From the NCBI GenBank assembly GCA_964016885.1, contig OZ024751.1:1116001-1180000 (forward strand): 64,000 nucleotides of DNA, in the 5' to 3' direction. Made by a program: the position numbers and the translations under genes. Every line of letters begins with the position of its first letter. The stretch's first letter is position 1. This document shows positions 1 through 14,200 of the stretch, in pieces. Source of the DNA: Eledone cirrhosa. Its lineage: Eukaryota. Under the pieces are notes generated by a model. That model was not told where the DNA came from, did no database searches, and saw nothing but the letters and a program-made list of their open reading frames with translations.

Positions 1-569
1 CGTTGTTAATTCTAACCTTGCTGACTGTTTCTTTATACATGGCTTGTATAGCCCTCACAAGCCATTCGTCAACGCCTAGTTTTCTAAGAGCCCACCAGAT
101 AATGGAGCGGGGGACTCTGTCGAAGGCTTTCTCCAAGTCGACAAAAGCTAAGTAGAGGGGTTTACCTTTAGCTAGGTACTTCTCCTGTAGTTGTCGTACT
201 ATGAAAAGAGCGTCTGTGGTACTTTTGCCTGACACAAACCCGAACTGCATTTCATCTAGGTCAATTCTCTCTCTGATTAGTTGCGCTATTACTTTTTCCG
301 TGACCTTCATGACCTGGTCGATTAATTTAATGCCTCTATAGTTACTCCTATCTAGGGCGTCTCCTTTACCCTTATAACAGTTAACGATGATGCTGCTATG
401 CCAGTCCTTCGGAACAACCCCATTCTGTACGACTTGGTTAACTATGCGGGTGACCATGGTGTGTCCCACCGTGCCAGATGCCTTCAGCATCTCAGCAACT
501 ATTTCCGAAGGCCCAGCCGCCTTACCCGTCTTCATATCCTTGATTGCCTTACTTATTATACTCCCCTCG
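1..569 (-). mobile_element. RTE-clade LINE reverse transcriptase fragment
   Basis: Minus strand reads [25 protein letters not shown]...[14 protein letters not shown]; homologous to 34768-34962. Confidence 0.85.
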
Positions 570-570
570 A

Positions 571-638
<68 letters not shown>

Positions 639-732
639 AAGTATTTCCGTGGAAAAGGTAAAGGAAAGAAGAGTGCTCTGTGTATAGTACAGAGCTATTT
701 CATTATGTAATAAACAATGTTTATTACATAAT

Positions 733-766
<34 letters not shown>

Positions 767-943
767 AATATGAATATATATATATGAATATGAATGTACA
801 AGTTCCAATGTCTGCATATATACGATGGGCAGGTGGGTGTGAGGATACTGGGGTGGTGTGGATGGTGGGGGTAGTGAGGGTGTTGGTGTAGTGGGAATAA
901 GTAAAGAATATAAAGTGATGTAGTTTAAAATTAACTCCTTAGT

Positions 944-1159
944 ATTTACATTACTCTATATATACTATTGTATGTTCATGGTAAAGGCTTTACCTCACAT
1001 AACATTTACATTACTCTATATATACTATTGTATGTTCATGGTAAAGGCTTTACCTCACATAACATTTACATTACTCTATATATACTATTGTATGTTCATG
1101 GTAAAGGCTTTACCTCACATAACATTTACATTACTCTATATATACTATTGTATGTTCAT
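944..1159. repeat. 60-bp tandem repeat, about 3.6 identical copies
   Basis: Lines 961, 1021 and 1081 are identical. Confidence 0.95.
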
Positions 1160-1854
1160 AATTATCTCACATAATTATCTCACATTTCGAATCTATGAGA
1201 TTTTGATATTATTTAATTTGAGAATAATACCTTAACATCAGTATGAGTGGCCAGTTACATCCAGTTTGAACAGAAAGGGGTGAGAGAATTCTGGCTGGAT
1301 ACGGCCAGTTTAAATGTTAAAGGGTTAAAGAATTAAATATGATGAAGATTATGGGAATATAAAATTATAGAATATGTCGTATAGAGCTGTGATATCTAAG
1401 GGTAGTGTAATGTATGATATGGTGATGGTGGAAGGTATGATGGGTGAACGTGTGAGTGGTGGCAGGGTGGTATTGGTATTAAGTAAATATGTGAAATATA
1501 TAAAATATATGAAGGTAACTACAATGGAGATAACTACAATGAATACTATGAATATATAAATATTATGGAATTATATATGATAATGATAGTGGTGGTGGTG
1601 GGGTGGTGTGGGTGTCAGGCACATATAAGATATAAGGTTTGAGGAATAAATGAAAAAACAAATGAAAGTGGAAATGAAAGATGAAAAGATGAAAAGTTAG
1701 AAAGGTGATAAAAATGACAAAGTGGTAGAAAAGAAAGTAAAAATTAAAGAATTTAAAATAAAAAAAATAGCAAGATGAAAAAATGAAAAAAAAAAAAAAT
1801 TGTGAAAAATTGAAATATTAAAAAATGTTTAAATGAAAAAGCTCGATGATTGAA

Positions 1855-2357
1855 AACTGTCTGTAACTGTCTTGTATGAAAGGTCAGTTGTATGATGCCT
1901 GTGTTAGATGCGCAATACTGCATGGTAGTGAGACATGGGCAGCAACTGTGAAGGATATGCAAAGGCTGGAGAGAAATGAAGCAAGTATGCTCCGATGGAT
2001 GTGCAATGTGCAATGTGTGTGAATGACCAAGCATGGATGAGTTGAGAGTGAAACTGTATATAAGAGGGATAAACTGTAGTGTGTGGGAGAGAAAACTGTG
2101 TTGGTATGGCCATGTGATGCACATGGAAGATGACAGCTGGGTGAAGAAGAGCCAAGAAATCACAGTGGAAGGAAGACGCAGTCGAGAAAGACCACAAAAA
2201 ATATGGGCAGAGGTGGTGAGAGCTGACTTCAGATCACTGAAGCTCACAGAGGAGATGACGAAGGACTGTGACGAATAGAAAGATACTATGCTGAAGAGGA
2301 CCCCTTCTCACCCTTGCAAGCAAGGAAAAGTGGACATAAAATGGTGATGATGATGAT
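1855..2357 (+). mobile_element. RTE LINE 3' fragment with (GAT)n tail
   Basis: HGSETW, WYGHVMHMEDDSWVKK...GRR.R.RP.K.W, ends atgatgatgat. Confidence 0.85.
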
Positions 2358-2900
2358 CTGCGTTATTCAACTTTTGATGCTAACTTACTTGAATATATCC
2401 TTTGCTCTATGATAGAAAACTGTTTGTATATCTATATATAAATTTCTGCAATTCTGTCACAACGCGTAATGAGAGAGTAGTTTGACTACCTCATACTTTT
2501 CCTTTCTCTTTATGTCTGCTGCCTGCGTGAATGTATGTGTGGGTAAAAGGAAGGTAGGGGTTGTTGAAAAAACTGTAGCAAAATAGTGGCTGGCGTTCTA
2601 TTTGTTATGCTGTGCATGTGGTTGTATAAATGTATGTCTGTGTTTGTATAAATGTATGTGTGTGTTTGTCTGAATGTATGTGTTTGTCTGAATGTATGTA
2701 TGTGTTTGTCTGAATGTATGTATGTGTTGGTGTGAATGTATGTCTGTGAATGTGTATTTTTGTAAGTGTGTCTGTGTTTGCACGTTTATATGTATGCTTA
2801 TGCACTTACAGACATGCACATACATATACACAAATGCGTCAGTGTGTTGAAAAAAATTCTAGTAATAAACAGATTAATATTTCTTTTCTTTCTATTTCAG

Positions 2901-5900
2901 GAATGGGCAAAATTCTTCAGTTTTTGCAACTTTTCCTTGTCCCAGGAGTTTTGTCTTTATTACAATGCAAGCTTAAAGAAGAGTATGAGAGTAAAAATAA
3001 AATTCTGATTGATATCAATATATTTGACCAAAAGGATGATTTCGAAACTTTTCATTATTCTGGCCCCATGTCTGACAAAAATAAGGTAACAGAATTTTTC
3101 TTTCTTTTTCTACGTTTGGTGGCGAATTAGTAGATTCCTCAGAACATCAGATAGAATGATTTGTGATATTTGTTCCAGTTTTCTGTGCTCTAAGGTCAGC
3201 TTTGCCATTCATAATACCAGTTAAATATTGGGGTAATTTCTTCCTCTATATCTCTTTCTCATTTTATCTCTCTCTCTCTCTTGAGACTACCTAAAACCAA
3301 AGAAGCTCACAAAACTGGCAGGTCCAGGGTAAACTACAGGATAAAGTGGGAAGGTTTGATGGATAAGGAAGTCAGGACCAAGTATGCAGATACTATTGCA
3401 TCCAAATTCTGAGAACTCCCTGAGAAAACTGAGGACATTAAGATTGAGTGGTGATTGTTCAGCTCAGCAGTTTCTGCTTCAGCTGTTAAATGCTGTGGGT
3501 GAAAGAGGCATGGTGTGGCACCAGATGGCAAAAGGACCCCGTGTTTCAATCAAGAGGTCAAAGTTGCCATCCGAGCAAAGAACGAGGCCTACAAGCTTGG
3601 CTTGGAAATAAGTCCTCCTTCTTGCACTTGCGGTATAAGCAGGCACGAAAAATTACAACAGCAACAGTAAAGGCGTCCAAAGGAGAACTTTTGGGTTAAG
3701 CTGGAATCCGTCTTCAAATCAACAAATAAAGTGTTCTGACCATCCAACGACTTCGTAATAAGAAGTCCTCCTCCACACCTGCTATTAGGAATGTTTCTGG
3801 GGTTCTCTCCTCTGAGAGGTGCATCTTCACAAGGTGAAGAGAATATTTTGCTGATCTCCTAAATTCGATCACAATAGCATCTTCTGATGTACATGAAGTG
3901 CATCTAGGAGTGGTGACTAATCTCTCAAAGGCTGAGGTCACAAGAGCAGTTAAAGAGCTCAAATGTGGCAAGGCTGCTGGGGAAGATGAAATCCGGCCTG
4001 AGATGTTAAAAGCCTTAATAGAGAAGGTATTCTATGGTTGACTTGTGTATGCCAGGTGGCCTGAATCTCTGGAAGATTAATATTAACTCTTTTAATATCA
4101 AACCATTTGAAATTAACTCTCGTTCTACCACACATAATAGAAGGATAATACACATCATTGTTGTAAATAAATTACTGAATTACTTTAACAGTTGAAGTTG
4201 CAGCTTTTTGTATAAGAGAGAGAGCTGAAAAGCTCCAGGCTTTGGGTAAAAGAAAATACAGGAGGATCAGTTAATTATGATTTTATTCAACATATTCCCC
4301 TCTCAGATTGACACACTTATTGCAGCAGTCCTTCAGTTTTTCTAAGCCCTGTAAAAAGAACTTGGAAGGTTGGGCCTTCAACCAGGCCTCTGTAGCAGCG
4401 ATCACTTCCAAATCGAAGTGAAATTTCATTCCCATGATATTGCTCTATAGTAACCAGTTATGACTGGCTTGAACAGAAAGATGTGAGAGAATTCTGGCCG
4501 GATATGGCCGGTTTAAATGCTAAAAGGTTAAACCTGGCACAGCCCATCTCTTCCCCAAGTCTGCATACAATCAATTTCTTCTAGAGAGAGTGATAGAGAG
4601 AAAGTGAGAAAGTGATATAAAGGAAGAATCAACCCCACTACTGAATTGGTACTTTTTTTAACAACTTCAAAATATATATAAGGCAAAGTTGACCTCTTTG
4701 TATATATACAGGGTAGCCCCAAAGCAACTAGACCATTTTAATTTATAATATACTAGTTCATTCTCCTTTGGAGATACATACACTCACAGAGAACATAGTT
4801 TTTTACACCATCTCACTTCTTTCCATTTACACACACACATGCACACAGACACACATATCTACTGACACAGCTTTGTGCAAAAATAGAAACTCTGTTTGAT
4901 TTTTTTTTTTGCTGTAGAATTTTCACCATCCCACTTCTTTCATTTTAACTCATTCATCTCACAAGTGTGTTTAGTGAGGAATTCAAGGTTTAAGTAGGAG
5001 TCAATTAGGGTTCAGTTCTTAGCCCACTGCTATTCATTGTAGTTCTTCAGTCCATAATAGAGGAGTTTAAAACTGGCTGTCCATGGGGGCCTCTCTATGC
5101 AGATGATTTGGTCCTTATAGCTGAATCCATAAAAGAACTAGAAAATAAGTTCCAACTATAGCAACAGAACTTGGAATCAAAAGGTGTTAGAGTAACCTTA
5201 GCCAAAACTAAAGTGCTGGTAAGTAGGAAAGAAAACAGGACTCTGATTCTCTTAGGGAAGTGGCCCTGCTCAATATGTCAAAAAGGAGTAGGCATAAACT
5301 CCATACAATATACACAAAGTAAACCTTGGGTACATAAGAGATGTGGGATAACAGATAGACTAACAGGAAAGGAAGACTTTGTATGTAGAAGATGCACCGG
5401 GGAAATCAAGGGAAGTGTGCCAGTGATTTAAATCTTTTCAATTCACAGGAAGGATCCATAGAAATGGTTGATAGCTTCTGCTATGAAGGTGACTAAGTTA
5501 GCAGTGGAGGAGGATGTTCAGAGAGCATAATAGCTAGAATAAGGATAAGATGGAAGAGGTTTAAGGATCTACTCCTATTGTTGGCAACAAAAGGTTTCTC
5601 CTTATGTAGAAAAGGATGGCTGTATCATGCCTGTGTGTGAAGTGTGATGCTGCATGACAGTGAAATGGCAGTGATTGCAGAGGAAATGTCTAGACTTGAG
5701 AGCAATGAAGCAAAAATGATTTGTTGGATGTGCAATGTAAATGTGAGAGAAAAACAGAGCTTGGATGAAATGAGAGAGAAACTGGGTTTAAGAGGAGATC
5801 CAAGGTGGTGTGTAGGAGAGAAGACTGCATTGGTATGGGCAAGTGATGTGCATGGATAATGATTGCTGGGTGAAGAAATGCCAGGAAATCCCAATGAAAG

Positions 5901-6110
5901 AAAACCACAGTAGAGGTAGACCAAGTAAAACTTGGGCAGAGGTGGTGAGAGCTGATATCAGATCGCTGAGACTCACAGTGAAGAGGAGATGACATGGAGA
6001 GATGCTATGCTGAAAAGGACCTGTCCAATCCATGTAAGTATGAAAAGGTGGATGAAAAAATGATGATGCAAATATATATATATATATATATATACATATA
6101 TATGTATATA

Positions 6111-6148
<38 letters not shown>

Positions 6149-8232
6149 TTTGGAATAGAATAGAAAGAACTAGGAATAAGGTTAATAGAATAAACTCATG
6201 GTATGATAGCAATAAATACCAGAGTGTAATGTTCATCAATACAACCCCTAGAGGTGAATTAGCTTACAAATTTAGAAGGGCCCTAGATAAACATAAACTC
6301 AATATTAAGATAGTAGAAAGACCAGGTACCGCCATAAAAACACTTATTAGCAATACATACCCTTTTCAAAGACCTCCCTGTATAGATAAGAAATGTATAC
6401 TCTGTAAACTAAGCCCCCATATTAACTGTAAAACTGGAAATGAAGTATATAGCATAAGATGTACTGAAGGACAATGTAGAGATACGAATATAGTATACAT
6501 AGGTGAGACAGCTCGTAGTATAGGAGAACGGATAAATGAACATTGGCGAGAGCTTCAAGATAGAAAAGAATCATCTGTACTCCACCAACATGCTAAAATA
6601 GAACATAAGGGCAAATTAGAGAACATAGAAATAAAAATAGAATCCAAACACAGAAAAGACGCAATGTTTAGACAAATCACAGAGGCAATAAACATAAATG
6701 AACTCCAACAAAAATTAAATAGAAAACATGAATGGAATAACAACATCACAACTTACAATTAAGGTCAAAATGAAAACACACACACACATAGAACAAACAA
6801 CCAACCAGTAATATGTAAATAAACAAATAAATAAACAAACAAAAACACACACAGACACCCGGATGTAACACATGCGCAAATTAAGCACACAACACACACA
6901 AAAACAAGATGGCGTAGGACAGAACAAAGGAGAGGCACAAAACAAAGAAAAGAATCCCCAGTCACCGAAGAGGTCACAGAATGTGTGACGAAAGAACTTT
7001 GACAATATATGAACAACCGTCCGGTTGAGGAACCAACCAACCAACCGGAAATTTATAAATTCTTAAATTTATAAATTTAATTTATAATAAATTGGAGTGA
7101 AGCAACTGGTGCGTGTGTTTCTTATTGGCAACATGACCCTCCCAAAGCATAACAATATCGGTTTCAACACACGTTTTCAGATAAAGAATCTTGCTAAACA
7201 AATTCAGAAACGAAATATATATATATATATGTATATTAGGATTGGTGCTCTGAAATAGCGATGTATACATGAATGTATGTATAGTATATATACATACATT
7301 CATGTATACATCGCTATTTCAGAGCATCAATCCTAATACCTAATTTTTGCTGGACCGGCCATCGCTCTGATTATTACTGGAATTCTATAAGAATCCAGCT
7401 TCTATAATTTTCGGCAGAAGCAGGCTCTCATGAACGCCAACCAGCGTGAAACAGACTGTAAGCTTCTCTCCCTTCTTTCGTCGAAAAGAAGTAAGTGGCA
7501 TAGACACTACTTTAAAACTGATAGTGTATGGTCTTCTAAATGTTTTTAATTAAACATATGGAATATGGCCAAATATACTTTACATACATTCATATATATA
7601 TATATAGACATTGTAACTTCCCCAGACACACACAACACATACATATACATACACACACGCATACACACACAATCACAGTACGTTTTGTGTGAAAGAGAGA
7701 GAGAAAGAGACGTAAGGTTGAGGAAAGGTGAGAGCTAAACAGTGTGTAAAGAATGAATAAATAAAAGTTAAAATTATCCAACGCTGGTATCATCTTCTCC
7801 TCTCCCCAAGCCCGCTCACTCTCTTTCTTGCTTTCTCAACCCCTCTCTCTCTTTTTTATCATACCCCCCCCCTCTCTCTCTCTCAAACCCTCTCTCTCTT
7901 TCTCTACAGAATGGAGAAAATTGAAGAACGCACATTGTCGTATGCTTTGTTGAAATTTTTTTAATGTATATTAATAATAAGTTGTTGCCTCGTTTTGGAA
8001 GACTGAGTTGTGGGAGGAGGAAGGGGAGTAGTGGTACTGAAACGTCTTCTCTTTCCTCTTCCATTGTAGAGATGCTCCCAGGGGTTCCATTATTGAAATC
8101 TAATTAGCCAGTCCTGTTTCTGAATATAAGCTTAACATGTGTGTAAAGTTTCATCAGGATCGCATCACTCGTGTAGGTGCCAACTGGTTATAAACACAGA
8201 TACACAGACAGACAGAAATTGCCATTTATATA

Positions 8233-8270
<38 letters not shown>

Positions 8271-11200
8271 GAAGTATTTCGTACGGAAATACTTCATTTA
8301 TATGTATAAAACCACAAACCCTCCATCCTAATTCTACTTTTGAAAAGCATAAGAACTGTGAAACCGGTAAAGAAAACAAATAAATATTTTTAAAAAGACT
8401 CCAGTTGCATTTTCGATTTCATTTTTTTTCTTATATTGGACTGTAGCCATGTTGGGGCACTGTTTTATGAGGTACTAGTGTCACAATACAGGACTGTAGC
8501 TACAGTGGGGGACTGTTGTTTGAGGTACTAGTGTCACAATATAGGACTGTAGCTACAGTGGGGGACTGTTGTTTGAGGTACTAGTGTCACAATATAGGAC
8601 TGTAGCTACAGTGAGGCACTGTTGTATGAGGTACTGGTGTCACAATATAGGACTGTAGCTATTGTGGGGGACTGTTGTATGAGGTACTAGTGTTACAATA
8701 CAGGACTGTAGCTACAGTGGGGGACTGTTGTATGAGGTACTGGTGTCACAATATAGGACTGTAGCTATTGTGGGGGAGTGTAGTATGAGGTACTGGTGTC
8801 ACAATATAGGACTGTAGCTACAGTGGGGGACTGTTTTATGAGGTACTAGTGTCACAATATAGGACTGTAGCTACAGTGGGGGACTGTTGTATGAGGTACT
8901 GGTGTCACAATATAGGATCGTAGCTACAGTGGGGGAGTGTAGTATGAGGTACTAGTTTCACAATATAGGACTGTAGCTACAGTGGGGGACTGTTTTATGA
9001 GGTACTAGTGTCACAATACAGGACTGTAGCTACAGTGGGGGACTGTTGTATGAGGTACTGGTGTCACAATACAGGACTGTAGCTACAGTGGGGGACTGTT
9101 TTATGAGGTACTAGTGTCACAATACAGGACTGTAGCTACAGTGGGGGAGTGTTGTATGAGGTACTGGTGTCACAATACAGGACTGTAGCTACAGTGGGGC
9201 ACTGTTTTATGAGGTACTAGTGTCACAATACAGGACTGTAGCTATTGTGGGGGAGTGTTGTACGAGGTACTAGTGTCACAATATAGGACTGTAGCTACAG
9301 TGGGGGACTGTTTTATGAGGTTCTGGTGTCACAATATAGGACTGTAGCTACAGTGGGGGACTGTTGTATGAGGTACTGGTGTCTCAATACAGGACTGTAG
9401 CTACAGTGGGGGACTGTTGTATGAGGTACTGGTGTCACAATACAAGACTGTAGCTACAGTGGTGGACTGTTGTATGAGGTACTGGTGTCACAATACAGGA
9501 CTGTAGCTACAGTGGGGGACTGTTGTATGAGGTACTGGTGTCACAATACAAGACTGTAGCTACAGTGGTGGACTGTTGTATGAGGTACTGGTGTCACAAT
9601 ATAGGACCGTAGCTACAGTGGGGGACTGTTGTATGAGGTACTAGTGTCACAATATAGGACTGTAGCTACAGTGGGGGAGTGTAGTATGAGGTACTAGTGT
9701 CACAATACAGGACTATCTACAGTGGGGCACTGTTTTATGAGGTACTAGTGTCACAATATAGGACTGTAGCTACAGTGGGGGAGTGTAGTATGAGGTACTA
9801 GTGTCACAATACAAGACTGTAGCTACAGTGGTGGACTGTTGTATGAGGTACTGGTGTCACAATACAGGACTGTAGCTACAGTGGGGCACTGTTTTATGAG
9901 GTACTAGTGTCACAATATAGGACTGTAGCTACAGTGGGGGAGTGTAGTATGAGGTACTAGTTTCACAATATAGGACTGTAGCTACAGTGGGGGACTTTTT
10001 ATGAGGTACTAGTGTCACAATATAGGACTGTAGCTATTGTAGGGGACTGTTGTATGAGGTACTAGTGTCACAATACAGGACTGTCGCTACAGTGGGGGAC
10101 TGTTGTATGAGGTACTAGTGTCACAATATAGGACTGTAGCTACAGTGGGGGACTGTTGTATGAGGTACTAGTGTCACAATATAGGACTAGCTACAGTGGG
10201 GGACTGTTTTATGAGGTACTAGTGTCACAATATAGGACTGTAGCTACAGTGGGGGACTGTCGTATGAGGTACTAGTGTCACAATACAGGATTGTAGCTAC
10301 AGTGGGGGACTGTTTTATGAGGTACTAGTGTCACAATACAGGACTGTAGCTACAGTGGTGGACTGTTGTATGAGGTACTAGTGTCACAATACAGGATTGT
10401 AGCTACAGTGGGGGACTGTTTTATGAGGTACTAGTGTCACAATACAGGACTGTAGCTACAGTGGTGGACTGTTGTATGAGGTACTAGTGTCACAATACAG
10501 GATTGTAGCTACAGTGGGGGACTGTTTTATGAGGTACTAGTGTCACAATACAGGACTGTAGCTACAGTGGGGGACTGTTTTATGAGGTACTAGTGTCACA
10601 ATACAGGACTGTAGCTACAGTAGGGGACTGTTGTATGAGGTACTAGTGTCACAATACATGACTGTAGCTATTGTGGGGGAGTGTTGTATGAGGTACTGGT
10701 GTCACAATACAGGACTGTAGCTACAGTGGGGGACTGTTTTATGAGGTACTAGTGTCACAATATAGGATTGTAGCTACAGTGGGGGACTGTTGTATGAGGT
10801 ACTAGTGTCACAATATAGGACTGTAGCTACAGTGAGGCACTGTTGTATGAGGTACTAATGTCACAATATAGGACAGTAGCTACAGTAGGGGACTGTTTTA
10901 TGAGGTTCTGGTGTCACAATATAGGACTAGCTACAGTGGGGGACTGTTGTATGAGGTACTAGTGTCACAATACAGGACTGTAGCTACAGTGAGGGACTGT
11001 TGTATGAGGTACTAGTGTCACAATACAGGACTGTAGCTACAGTGGGGGACTGTTGTATGAGGTACTGGTGTCACAATACAGGACTGTAGCTATTGTGGGG
11101 GACTGTTGTATGAGGTACTAGTGTCACAATATAGGACTGTAGCTACAGTGGGGGACTGTTTTATGAGGTTCTGGTGTCACAATATAGGACTGTAGCTACA

Positions 11201-14200
11201 GTGAGGGACTGTTGTATGGGGTACTAGTGTCACAATACAGGACTGTAGCTACAGTGGGGGACTGTTGTATGAGGTACTGGTGTCACAATACAAGACTGTA
11301 GCTACAGTGAGGGACTGTTGTATGAGGTACTGGTGTCACAATACAGGACTGTAGCTACAGTGGGGGACTGTTGTATGAGGTACTGGTGTCACAATACAGG
11401 ACTGTAGCTACTGTGGGGGACTGTTGTATGAGGTACTGGTGTCACAATACAGGACTGTAGCTATTGTGTGGGACTGTTTTATGAATGAGAAAGAAAAAAG
11501 TGTAAAGGAAAATCCTTAATGAAACATACAAATTCAATTATTACAGATTCCTCCCAATACTGTTAATGGAACAAATTATATGTTTAAGCTTGGCAAAATA
11601 ACAGAATATGTAAGTATTAAATTCTTGTTCAGTATATCATGTGTGTTTTACATTAGCAATAATATTTTTATATAACAATTATGTAGCTATATAATATTCT
11701 TAGTATTAAATAGCATTGATGTCATGTTTTAGATAGACTGTATGCCATTCAAATCTGACCATAACATCTATGTGTTGTCTTTGGATAGTACTAAAGTCTT
11801 AATACTGATATCTTAGATAGTACTGAAGTCTTAATACTGATATCTTAGATAGTAGTGATGTCTTAGTAGTGATGTCTTAGTAGTGATGTCTTAGTACTGA
11901 TGTCTTAGAAACTAGAGATGTCTTAGTACTGATGTCTTAGAAACTAGCTAGAGATGTCTTAGATAGTACTGATGTCTTAGTACAGTTGTCTTGTAAACCA
12001 GTGATGTCTTAGTATTTATGTCTTAGATAGTAGTGATGTATTAGATAGTACTGATGTCTTAGAAATCAGTGATGTCTTAGATACTAGTGATGTCTAGAAT
12101 CAATGTTTTTAGACAGTATTCATATATTCCACTCTTTCTCTTTTCACAGAATGATACTGAGGAAGGCTTGTTGATGGACGGCTGTCTTGTTTCCGTGAAG
12201 GATGTGCATTTGTTTCTACCAAACACCACAGTAAGTATAGTGACTGCTAGTGAACATATACCAGAATATCTGATTGCTAGTGAACATATACCAGAATATC
12301 TGATTGCTAGTGAACATATACCAGAATATCTGATTGTTAGTGAACATATACCAGAATACCTGATTGCTAGTGAACATATACCAGAATATCTGATTGTTAG
12401 TGAACATATACCAGAATATCTGATTGTTAGTGAACATATACCAGAATACCTGATTGTTAGTGAACATATACCAGAATACCTGATTGTTAGTGAACATACA
12501 ACCGAATATTTGATTGTTAGTGTACACATACCAGAATATTTGATTGTTAGTGAACATACAACAGAATATTTGATTGTTAATGAACATACAACAGAATATT
12601 TGATTGTTAGTGAACATAGAAGAGAATATCTGATTTCTAGTGAACACATACCAGACTATCTGATTGTTAATGAACATATACCAGACTATTTGATTGTTAG
12701 TGAACATACAACAGATTATTTGATTGTTAGTGAACATATACCAGACTATTTGATTGTTAGTGAACATACAACAGATTATTTGATTGCTAGTGAACATACA
12801 ACAGAATATTTGATTGTTAATGAACATATACCAGACTATCTGATCGTTAGTGAACATAGAACAGAATATTTGATTGTTAGTGAACATATACCAGACTATC
12901 TGATTGTTAGTGAACATATACCAGACTATTTGATTGTTAGTGAACATACAACAGAATATTTGATTGTTAGTGAACATATACCAGACTATCTGATTGTTAG
13001 TGAACATATACCAGACTATTTGATTGTTAGTGAACATATACCAGACTATTTGATTGTTAGTGAACATATACCAGACTATTTGATTGTTAGTGAACATACA
13101 ACAGAATATCTGATTGCTAGCAATTGAAAGAATAACAACCTCTCCCTTCACTTGTCTTCCATTTTCTCATCGCCCCTATTGCTGCCTCACATCTGGTCAA
13201 CTTCACCTTGCTGCCCCACATCTGGTCAACTTCATCTTGCTGCCCCACATCTAGTCAACTTCACCTTGCTGCCCCACATCTGGTCAACTTCATCTTGCTG
13301 CCCCACATCTAGTCAACTTCACCTTGCTGCCCCACATCTGGTCAACTTCATCTTGCTGCCCCACATCTAGTCAACTTCACCTTGCTGCCCCACATCTAGT
13401 CAACTTCATCTTGCTGCCTCACATCTGGTCAACTTCATCTTGCTGCCCCACATCTGGTCAACTTCATCTTGCTGCCCCACATCTAGTCAACTTCATCTTG
13501 CTGCCCCACACTAGTCAACTTCACCTTGCTGCCCCACATCTAGTCAACTTCACCTTGCTGCCCCACATCTAGTCAACTTCATCTTGCTGCCCCACATCTA
13601 GTCAACTTCACCTTGCTGCCCCACATCTGGTCAACTTCATCTTGCTGCCCCACATCTAGTCAACTTCACCTTGCTGCCCCACATCTAGTCAACTTCATCT
13701 TGCTGCCCCACATCTAGTCAACTTCATCTTGCTGCCCCACATCTGGTCAACTTCATCTTGCTGCCCCACATCTGGTCAACTTCACCTTGCTGCCCCACAT
13801 CTAGTCAACTTCATCTTGCTGCCCCACATCTAGTCAACTTCACCTTGCTGCCCCACATCTAGTCAACTTCACCTTGCTGCCCCACATCTAGTCAACTTCA
13901 CCTTGCTGCCCCACATCTAGTCAACTTCACCTTGCTGCCCCACATCTGGTCAACTTCATCTTGCTGCCCCACATCTAGTCAACTTCATCTTGCTGCCCCA
14001 CATCTGGTCAACTTCATCTTGCTGCCCCACATCTGGTCAACTTCATCTTGCTGCCCCACATCTGGTCAACTTCATCTTGCTGCCCCACATCTGGTCAGCT
14101 TCACCTTGCTGCCCCACATCTAGTCAACTTCATCTTGCTGCCTCACATCTGGTCAACTTCATCTTGCTGCCCCACATCTGGTCAACTTCACCTTGCTTCC

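Noticed and set aside
7895-7960. Polypyrimidine tract plus ctacag|aatg as an extra exon
   Set aside because: The tract is a (CT)n microsatellite and I found no convincing in-phase donor; not fully excluded.
12077-13151. Minus-strand ORFs of 190 and 311 aa
   Set aside because: Artefacts of a 30-bp unit lacking stops in those frames.
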